Below are positions 55,864 to 62,685 of a stretch of DNA of 62,685 nucleotides, piece by piece. The notes under the pieces are model-generated. The model was not told the DNA's origin, did not search any database, and was given only the letters and a program-made list of their open reading frames with translations. Both the position numbers and the translations under genes were made by a program. Source of the stretch: a virus (lineage: Duplodnaviria; Caudoviricetes); IMG/VR virus record IMGVR_UViG_3300037354_000009, positions 1 to 62,685 of that record; one strand, written 5' to 3'. How positions within the stretch are numbered: position 1 is the first letter of the stretch; each line of letters starts with the position of its first letter.

Positions 55864-55868
55864 AACCA

Positions 55869-55898
55869 TGAAAAAGGCGCGTCATGTACGGGTATAAG
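55869..55898 (+). promoter_or_regulatory. phage promoter class A
   Basis: TGAAAA-N18-TATAAG (GGGTATAAGGAT). Confidence 0.75.
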
Positions 55899-55916
55899 GA
55901 TTGTGGAGGACACCTT

Positions 55917-56198
55917 ATGAAACCTATTGTGGAGAGATCAGTCCGACTTGTTTCGCACAGAAACCTCACAGGAGTGACTATGGGTACGACCAGGGGAAAG
56001 AACGGAGTGCCGCCAATGCATGCTGTAGGCAGCGTCCCCCCAACCAGATCTTCTAAGGTCATGGCAGATGCCATCATAGCCAGGACACCGACCAAAGATC
56101 GATACGGCATCGACTACGTGCTTCGTCACGGGATCAACTCAGACGTTGACTCTCTTGCTGTCCAGCACGAACTCGACCAGGCTAACCTGGAAGAGTAG
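55917..56198 (+). CDS. hypothetical protein
   Basis: start ATG 55917, RBS GGAGGACAC. Confidence 0.65.
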   Translation: MKPIVERSVRLVSHRNLTGVTMGTTRGKNGVPPMHAVGSVPPTRSSKVMADAIIARTPTKDRYGIDYVLRHGINSDVDSLAVQHELDQANLEE

Positions 56199-56199
56199 C

Positions 56200-56382
56200 A
56201 TGCCACAAAAGAGGGAATGGAAAACCTCTCCGTGGATCAAGCTGAGACCCAAGTTTCTAGAAGACTACTACAGGAGCTACAAGCCACTGGTGCAACGGAT
56301 AGCTGTAGTCGCTCTACCCAGGCTACAAGAAGTGATGAAGATAGTGGATAAGTCCACCCATCAGACTAGCGAAGGAGGGTAG
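56200..56382 (+). CDS. small basic hypothetical protein
   Basis: MPQKREWKTSPW...; ATG 1 nt after upstream stop. Confidence 0.5.
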   Translation: MPQKREWKTSPWIKLRPKFLEDYYRSYKPLVQRIAVVALPRLQEVMKIVDKSTHQTSEGG

Positions 56383-56394
56383 TCTGATGGCAAT

Positions 56395-56467
56395 GGGCCT
56401 GTAGCTCAACGGTCAGAGCAGGCGGCTCATAACCGCTCGGTTCGGGGTTCGAATCCCTGCAGGCCCA
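56395..56467 (+). tRNA. tRNA with CAT anticodon, most likely tRNA-Ile2 (lysidine type); CCA not encoded
   Basis: acceptor GGGCCTG/CAGGCCC, D arm GCTC/GAGC, anticodon GGCGG-CTCATAA-CCGCT, T arm GGTTCGAATCC; C4,C5 acceptor pattern as in bacterial Ile2 tRNAs. Confidence 0.9.
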
Positions 56468-56469
56468 CT

Positions 56470-56520
56470 GAGAATCCCCACAGCCAACACTGGTTGGACT
56501 GCACTGTGGGGATTTTCTTT
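56470..56520 (+). terminator. hairpin/terminator after tRNA
   Basis: GAGAATCCCCACAG/CTGTGGGGATTTTC then TTT. Confidence 0.7.
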
Positions 56521-56522
56521 AG

Positions 56523-56551
56523 GCAAAAGATGATCACATTCGGGGTATAAG
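56523..56551 (+). promoter_or_regulatory. phage promoter class A
   Basis: GCAAAA-N17-TATAAG (GGGGTATAAGGA). Confidence 0.75.
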
Positions 56552-56555
56552 GACT

Positions 56556-56750
56556 TTGGTGAGGATGCATTCTGCCTTCTGTCCTTTCGAAGTGTGTGAA
56601 CATAGTGATCCTCCATCACCGTGATCCTTGGGGATGCATCCTCACCAATTTCTTTGCAGTCGAGGGCCGTTCTGGTTGGCATCAAGCAGGCTTCTTTGGG
56701 CAGAAAACACACAGGCATCGGCCCCTGCATAGTGCAGCTGTGTGTTTTCG
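56556..56750 (+). ncRNA. candidate structured RNA (~195 nt)
   Basis: perfect 15-bp stem 56556-56570/56634-56648; perfect 12-bp stem 56703-56714/56738-56749; GGGCCG/CGGCCC potential pseudoknot; no credible ORF. Confidence 0.6.
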
Positions 56751-56756
56751 TTAGCC

Positions 56757-58103
56757 TTAGATCAGCGGCTGGTTAGCCAAGATCTTCCTGACGAGGCTCG
56801 AAGCCTTGCGTACGTCCGTCACTTCTCGCTTTGCCTCGGCTATGGGGTTGGACGGAGACAAAGGTTCCAGTGGCTCGAACATGGCGTTGGCTGCCGACTG
56901 CAGTACTCCAGGAGGAGCATCCCCCTCACTGGACTTGATCTTACCTGGCATCTTGAAGTGAATAGGTGGAGCGTCACTGCCAAGGGTAGCTGGGTCAGCA
57001 TCGAACACATCGAAGGCCCGCTTCTGCAACAGAGCCGCTACCTTGATCAGTGTCTTCTTCTTAGCCACCAACTCACGGAGCTTGTCCATGGTGACTGGAT
57101 GGATGCTGTCGAAGAACTTGGGGTTGTCGTAGTGGTCGAGGTAAGCCTGCTTGGCCTCATCCTCCTCATCAAACCCCAGCATCACCTTGTCCTCGTCGTA
57201 CTTACCAGACTCTGGCTTCTTCTGGTGAACCACGAAGGCCATGTCAGCGTTCACGTTGGGGCCCAGGAACACATCCAGGCCCTCTCCGTCCGCTCCCTTG
57301 GTGCCTTCGATGTAGCCGTAGGCGTAACGGAAGATGGTCTTCCAGGGGTGGCCGTCCTTGTCCACACCACGTCTGATGCTGCCAGCCGTGTGCTCTATAG
57401 CGATGGGGAGGCCCTGGAAGTCCGTCTTACCTTCGAGGGTGAAGGCATGCTTTACCAGCGCCTGGGAGAGCTTCTGAAGGGCTGGGTTGGTGTGTGCCTT
57501 GACCCAGGCAGAAGCCACAGCAGCACGCTTCTTGAGGCCCTTGGCGATGCGTATACGCTCCCCTTGTGGCTCCTCTGGTTCAGCCTCAGAGATGGGGTTG
57601 TCTTCCATCTCACCGGTGCCCACACCTGCCCCACGTACACCCACATCGGAGGTGGTTTGAAGGCCACCACCTGGCTGCGGTGGGCTCAGATTATCTGCAC
57701 CACGGTGGGCTACGTCGATGGGGGCATCAGTGTTCCTGGCCATGGACCGCTCTCGAGTACCAGCGTCGGTAGCTCGCTCATCCTTTGTGGAGGGGTTGAG
57801 GCGGCTCTGGTAGGTGGCATCCATATCCTCGAGGCCGAAGGTGGAATAGTTGGCTCGCTTGACTACGTGACCTGTCTTCCAGATCTGACGGATGTTGGGC
57901 ATGATCTTAGTGCCATCCCCTAGGAACCCTCCTCCATCAAAGTCCGCCCCCTTCTCCACAGCACCAGCAGCATCCCCCTGCACAGCATCCATACGAGTAC
58001 CAGCAAGCTGATGACCAGACAGCTCTTGTGCCTGGTCTTCAGCCATCAAGTCACGATCTTCGTGCTTGGCTTTGCGTGGTTGATCAAACGTCAGTACTCC
58101 CAT
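56757..58103 (-). CDS. virion-associated protein with inorganic pyrophosphatase-like domain
   Basis: FQGLPIAIE..GSIRRG...YGYIEGTKGADGEGLDVFLGP...YDEDKVMLGF...AYL.HY, the pattern of the pyrophosphatase-like domain of phage polyvalent proteins; K-x-A motifs on both sides. Confidence 0.75.
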   Translation of the reverse strand: MGVLTFDQPRKAKHEDRDLMAEDQAQELSGHQLAGTRMDAVQGDAAGAVEKGADFDGGGFLGDGTKIMPNIRQIWKTGHVVKRANYSTFGLEDMDATYQSRLNPSTKDERATDAGTRERSMARNTDAPIDVAHRGADNLSPPQPGGGLQTTSDVGVRGAGVGTGEMEDNPISEAEPEEPQGERIRIAKGLKKRAAVASAWVKAHTNPALQKLSQALVKHAFTLEGKTDFQGLPIAIEHTAGSIRRGVDKDGHPWKTIFRYAYGYIEGTKGADGEGLDVFLGPNVNADMAFVVHQKKPESGKYDEDKVMLGFDEEDEAKQAYLDHYDNPKFFDSIHPVTMDKLRELVAKKKTLIKVAALLQKRAFDVFDADPATLGSDAPPIHFKMPGKIKSSEGDAPPGVLQSAANAMFEPLEPLSPSNPIAEAKREVTDVRKASSLVRKILANQPLI

Positions 58104-58126
58104 AGCTGCTCCAGTTACCTACAGGA

Positions 58127-60421
58127 CTAGCGTGCCACGTGCCCTTCGCTATGCGCATCAATGAAGTCCACGTAGATGGCTACTGGACCATCTCCAGACA
58201 TGTTTATGACCTGAAGTGGAACGTAGTAGAAGGATGTACTAGCTGGTGCGAACGTGGTCAAAGGACCGAGCAAGCCGCCGTCTATGTATGCTTGGAAGGT
58301 GTTATTCTTATAGAACACCATCTCTAGTGTGTAGTATTGCCCAGCGTTCAGCACCAAGCCACTGTCATAGATGCCGCTGTTGCCGAATCCATCGTTCCAG
58401 GAGAAGCCTATGCTGTTGGCGTACTCATTTAGAGTAAAGTAGCAGTACGAGATTGACGTCTCTGGATTAGAGGCATCACCGAACCCAGCATCAAATCTGT
58501 ATGTAGGATTTACTCCACCAGACAGAGCCAGCAACTCTAAGCACAAGCGAAAGCGCCAGGCATTGGCTGTCAAAGAGGCTACCTTAGATCCAGAGATGAT
58601 CCCTCTTCCATCGACGATTGCTTCAGTAGTCAGAGCACACACGGTCTCTCTACCAGCATGATCTTGGTGGAAGAATGTCTGCCCACCGGTGCCGTCTAGC
58701 ACATAGTTGTCATCGATCTTGATGTTGGTGCTGTCAGCGAAAATAGCTCTACTCTGGAAGTCACTGAAGAAGTCGTAGTCGAGGCCCTTATCTATTAGGA
58801 TCGGGTTGCCGCCATCAAAAGTGCTCAGTGCCCGACTATTGTCCAAGACTACCTCGCTGGCATAAACGTAGTACGAAAAGAGCGTACTCCATCTAGAACC
58901 AGCAGTACCTAGGCTTACAGCCATATCTCCTATGGGACGAAAAGCTGTCCAGTAAGCAGACCTCTCTAGACCCACTCCCACTGTACCGAAGTAGGAGTTG
59001 TACATCGACAGCTCTAATGAGGACGCAGATGCGCCTGGGATAGTCGGATCTCCTTGTAGTACCAGAGACCCAGATATGTCCCCCGTCACAAGACGCATAC
59101 TGTATCCGGCCAATGAAGCTAGACCAGGTGGCTCTACTCCGGCTATGGTGTAGACAGTCTCAACAAAAGGATAGTGTCCAGGGAACGGCTCCACGTTCAA
59201 CCCGCCCCTAAAGTTGACTGCTGAACCTGTCGAAGACCCAGCCAAGTAGGAACCAAGGTGTATGGCGTTTTGAGGGTCTGAGAGAGGAGCCCTTATGGTG
59301 GTCAAGTAAGCATCTGCCCATGGAAGAGATGCTGTTCCTAGAGATAGGGTTGTGCCACTGTTAGGGCCCAGTACACCGTCAACACCAAACCTCATCTGAC
59401 GTGTGATATCACCGGCAGAAATCACAGTAAACAGCATGTCCGCAGCTGGGGTAGCTACCCCCAGATTTGCAATCATACTGATGGCTAATTGTACGGTGTG
59501 GGGTCCTGGGGCCATCAGGTACAGCCCAGCATAGTTCTCTCTAGCATTTATCTCAGTACCGGTAGACCCGTACGCCATGAAGATGTTAGGGGCTGTTCCG
59601 TTTACTGGGGTAACATTGATCGGGTTCATCACACCAATGCCAGAATAAGGTGACCCTAATGGGGCGAGTCCTATGCTCTGACAACCGGTTATTTTATGGG
59701 TAGCTAAGTTCAGATCACCAGTCATTGACCTGGAACCGTCCTGAAGAACAACCCCAGGCGGAACGTCCTCACCAGTCAGTGAGCGGAAGCGAGTAAAGGC
59801 GTCTGGGTGGGTGAACGGCATGTCCTTGAGGTTAGTTCTCACACCGTAGATCAACCGCACTGCTGTAGCATTTGGGATCGTGTAGGCTGGATTTACTATT
59901 GCACCAGTAAGAGGGTCTACTGTGCAAAAACGTGCCCATGGATTGGGCACAAACCCCTGCTGGTATACCTCAGTCGAGTCTGCCGAGTCATACACAGCAT
60001 GGACCCGCACCTCATTGCCGCTGGTGTCAGTAAGAGCATTGTACTGAGCATCCATCACGCTGAACAAGGCCTGCATACCTTCAGGATCTGCGGGCGTAGC
60101 TGCGCCTGGGTACGTGGCGTCTCCACAGAACACTGGATCAGCTATTGCAATCTGAACCCTGTCTTGCCCAGTAGATGTGAACCTTAATGCAGCATTGACA
60201 GCGATAGGCACAGACAAAATGCCAGTGAAGATTGTGTCTACATTCAATGACAGAGCCCAGGAAGCACGGTTGGCTATGCCAGAGGTTCCAGGCTCACCGA
60301 ATCCAACGAAACGACCACCAGAAGATCCTGGTGTATCAGATAGACTGATCTGAGCGTTGTTTCCTATTTGCCCAGAGGCTGTACCATGTGGGAAGGGAAG
60401 CTGTGCGATTGGGGTTGCCAT
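58127..60421 (-). CDS. tail fibre / receptor-binding protein
   Basis: 764 aa; DGSRSMTGDL, two LGTA...W...Y repeats, C-terminal lectin-like beta-sandwich composition. Confidence 0.65.
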   Translation of the reverse strand: MATPIAQLPFPHGTASGQIGNNAQISLSDTPGSSGGRFVGFGEPGTSGIANRASWALSLNVDTIFTGILSVPIAVNAALRFTSTGQDRVQIAIADPVFCGDATYPGAATPADPEGMQALFSVMDAQYNALTDTSGNEVRVHAVYDSADSTEVYQQGFVPNPWARFCTVDPLTGAIVNPAYTIPNATAVRLIYGVRTNLKDMPFTHPDAFTRFRSLTGEDVPPGVVLQDGSRSMTGDLNLATHKITGCQSIGLAPLGSPYSGIGVMNPINVTPVNGTAPNIFMAYGSTGTEINARENYAGLYLMAPGPHTVQLAISMIANLGVATPAADMLFTVISAGDITRQMRFGVDGVLGPNSGTTLSLGTASLPWADAYLTTIRAPLSDPQNAIHLGSYLAGSSTGSAVNFRGGLNVEPFPGHYPFVETVYTIAGVEPPGLASLAGYSMRLVTGDISGSLVLQGDPTIPGASASSLELSMYNSYFGTVGVGLERSAYWTAFRPIGDMAVSLGTAGSRWSTLFSYYVYASEVVLDNSRALSTFDGGNPILIDKGLDYDFFSDFQSRAIFADSTNIKIDDNYVLDGTGGQTFFHQDHAGRETVCALTTEAIVDGRGIISGSKVASLTANAWRFRLCLELLALSGGVNPTYRFDAGFGDASNPETSISYCYFTLNEYANSIGFSWNDGFGNSGIYDSGLVLNAGQYYTLEMVFYKNNTFQAYIDGGLLGPLTTFAPASTSFYYVPLQVINMSGDGPVAIYVDFIDAHSEGHVAR

Positions 60422-60430
60422 CGTGATCTC

Positions 60431-61117
60431 CTAGAACTGTAGCTGCCAACGAACTTCGAGAGTGATGTCCGTGGTCTTCGTGATCGTACCAAAGTTGTTG
60501 TAGGCCACTACCGTGGGCCTCAGTGGATTGATGTACGCTGGTGGTGTGGTGTAGGCGTAGAAGTCTGTGGCTGGCCTAGCTATCACGGCCTGGTTGTACA
60601 GCATCAAGCCAGCTTCACTAATGGGCACAGATGGGTGTGCCCCACTTAGGTTCATCATCTGATCTGTTATGGTTGATGTGTACTCTACTGTAGAGTAACC
60701 AGAACCAGTAACATAGAACAATTGAGGCGGTGCCACTACTGGAACTGCCCAGTCTCCACTTCCACCGGTACCAGAAGTGCCAGTAGCCAACACCGGCCTC
60801 TCTAGATACTTGATGAGCGGATCTCCCTTATCGTAGTTGTTCAGTCCAGGATAGTCGGTAGCCAGGTCTGGGTACATCGTATCCACGCCAGTGAGCTGCT
60901 TTTTGCCGCCTATACCGAAGCTCATGTACCCGATGAAGGTATCCATCATGTGCCCGGCAAAACCAGAACTTGGGGACACAACCCGAGGCAGAAACTCCCT
61001 ACCCAGGTTCACCCAGATGTTGTGGGACTCGTGGCAGTCCTTCAGAACGATCTTCCCACGATCTCTCGTGGTGATCTTGAAGTTTGATTCTACGTGTATG
61101 CCCTCAGAAAAATGCAT
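60431..61117 (-). CDS. baseplate/tail-fibre collar-like protein
   Basis: HNIWVNLGR, ISEAGL, ITKTTDITLEVRWQLQF; start moved to ATG 61117 (RBS AAGGA). Confidence 0.6.
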   Translation of the reverse strand: MHFSEGIHVESNFKITTRDRGKIVLKDCHESHNIWVNLGREFLPRVVSPSSGFAGHMMDTFIGYMSFGIGGKKQLTGVDTMYPDLATDYPGLNNYDKGDPLIKYLERPVLATGTSGTGGSGDWAVPVVAPPQLFYVTGSGYSTVEYTSTITDQMMNLSGAHPSVPISEAGLMLYNQAVIARPATDFYAYTTPPAYINPLRPTVVAYNNFGTITKTTDITLEVRWQLQF

Positions 61118-61155
61118 CGTTGTCCTTGCCGTGCAGTATATCGCACACCTAAGTA

Positions 61156-62685
61156 CTATAGCCACCACTGTCTTGTGTACACCCCGTTAGGCACAAGAGT
61201 GTCATAGTAGATCACTCCATATGCAGGCCCATAAGGTGGCGGTGGGTAGATGTCAGGGCCAGAAAGAGGAATGATGTCTAGCCCGCCTCCGTCATCATAG
61301 GCCCAGATGGAATCCCAGTTGAGGTAACGTGGGACTCCTAATGGAGGAAGATGCTCCGTCAAGTCTATGGTCTTGTCCACGCCCGACAGATCCCCCTGTC
61401 TGAACATGGTGTAGTCAAGAAAGATGTCTATCGGCGTAGGGTTGCCTACTAGGTAGTACCGCAGAGTTGCTTTGCCCATCGCTAAGAGCAACATCGTAGG
61501 CGTACCCACGCTAAATGGAACAAGATGTAGAGAACTCTCGACCTGATCAGAGGCACATAGCCACGGAGGTATTTGATCTAAGTGTACACTACCGAGAACA
61601 GTAGGATCGATCTCTCCCCACTCTCCTTCAGTGTGCCCCATACGGTTAGCCGTAAGCCTGCTGTCTGGTCCAATGAGCTCATCTACTCCACCACTCATCC
61701 CGTTTACTTGGATAGCATTTGGTGTAGCCGTCACAGTCGTAAGAGCAAAGTTACCGCCCGTACCCATAAATGGTGCTGCACAATGCCGTACAACGATGTC
61801 CACATCCGACCACCCACCATCCACTATTATGAGGCTATTGCTAAAGATGATGTCCCACACCAAGTCTCTGAGAGCAAACTGCGTGTCGTCAATGGTCGTA
61901 CAGTCCGCTACTAAAGTACCTGGCGTTTGTACAAACGTCCCATCTACCTTGAATTCAATAGTGATCGATCCACCTAGCCCGTCGTAGGTAGGGACAGTGA
62001 GTGTGTCGTTGTTCGTCATCCATGATTTGGTGTGGGTGGCTATCTCCCCTGAGGCAGCAGGAACCTGAGGAGCAGCAGACACTCTGAAATCAACTGTGTT
62101 GATTGTACCGAGCGCTGTATTTGCAGTGATTGGCTGATTACCCGCATAACCAGGGACAGGATACTGCCAAGTCTGCGTGAACACTGGGTCACCACCACCA
62201 GTAGGATTACCCAACGTGGTGTTAGAGAGAATCACTCCGTGAACCACCGTAGCAGTGTCATTAGCGTTCTCGGGTATCCCACGAAGGTCAGCTACCAAGG
62301 TGCCTGGTGTCTGCACAAAATCGTCGTCTACTTGCATCTCAACGACGATGAACCCACCACTACCATTAGGCATGGTAAGGGTATCGTTGTTCCGCAGTTG
62401 AGAAACTCTAGGCAACCCTGTGTATCCGATAGCCTTTAAGGTTAGCCCGGCTCTGAACGGCTCAGTGATTATGATCTCTGTGGAACTGATTAAGGAAGTA
62501 GGAATCCCGCCTGAAACGGTAAGCCTGGCCAGCACGTTCATACGATCAAACGGAAACAACTGTGGTCGATCATGCAGGAATGGTAGGACAGCATCATAAT
62601 GCTGCAGAGGCCTTCCGTCGTCGTCTAGAGCAGAGTAAGGAGCAGGTAATGGCACACCCTCAATGTTGTCATCCCACCTATAGCC
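61156..62685 (-). CDS. partial baseplate/tail protein with internal duplication (5' end beyond window)
   Basis: frame open to right edge; two copies of NNDTLT.P...GG.I..E..VD..FVQTPGTLVAD. Confidence 0.6.
   Translation of the reverse strand, partial: GYRWDDNIEGVPLPAPYSALDDDGRPLQHYDAVLPFLHDRPQLFPFDRMNVLARLTVSGGIPTSLISSTEIIITEPFRAGLTLKAIGYTGLPRVSQLRNNDTLTMPNGSGGFIVVEMQVDDDFVQTPGTLVADLRGIPENANDTATVVHGVILSNTTLGNPTGGGDPVFTQTWQYPVPGYAGNQPITANTALGTINTVDFRVSAAPQVPAASGEIATHTKSWMTNNDTLTVPTYDGLGGSITIEFKVDGTFVQTPGTLVADCTTIDDTQFALRDLVWDIIFSNSLIIVDGGWSDVDIVVRHCAAPFMGTGGNFALTTVTATPNAIQVNGMSGGVDELIGPDSRLTANRMGHTEGEWGEIDPTVLGSVHLDQIPPWLCASDQVESSLHLVPFSVGTPTMLLLAMGKATLRYYLVGNPTPIDIFLDYTMFRQGDLSGVDKTIDLTEHLPPLGVPRYLNWDSIWAYDDGGGLDIIPLSGPDIYPPPPYGPAYGVIYYDTLVPNGVYTRQWWL

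Noticed and set aside
56742-57923. 393-aa plus-strand ORF, and similar long antisense ORFs (42439-43422, 10683-11474, 16462-17190, 25068-25739)
   Set aside because: Shadow frames of well-supported opposite-strand genes; no RBS or motifs
1-62685. Genome-wide TAG recoding (many genes end in TAG)
   Set aside because: Long conserved genes are intact under the standard code and TAG stops sit at tight gene junctions

Overview
The whole window is a gene-dense segment of a large tailed (probably contractile-tail) bacteriophage genome; no host housekeeping context, rRNA, integrase or CRISPR array is seen. Minus-strand operons encode virion morphogenesis: major capsid protein, decoration protein, prohead protease, gpA-type terminase, portal, neck, gpV-like spike, tail/baseplate proteins, many Gly-rich head/cargo proteins, and a 2055-aa single-chain beta-beta' RNA polymerase. 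A plus-strand block (37.7-55.8 kb) encodes DNA metabolism: SF2 helicase, UDG-like protein, DUF932, Hfq-like protein, DnaB, DnaG, SSB, Pol A, HU, Endo VII, RecA, PD-(D/E)XK nucleases and RusA, followed by a tRNA-Ile2(CAT). Most notable: (1) a pervasive K-x-A(G/S) motif in head proteins, which looks like a prohead-protease processing and capsid-targeting code. It flanks enzymatic cargo domains (J-domain, Zn-peptidase, pyrophosphatase-like) and Gly-zipper segments. (2) Two promoter classes: seven plus-strand (GC/TG)AAAA-N17/18-TATAAG promoters, mostly followed by a 5' hairpin, and sigma70-consensus promoters in front of structural operons. (3) Two promoter-driven structured ncRNA candidates, plus an 86-nt rod hairpin in front of a phage Hfq-like gene. 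(4) A GGGAAAA -1 frameshift candidate outside the tail module. All functional calls are by-eye motif recognition, with no database search.
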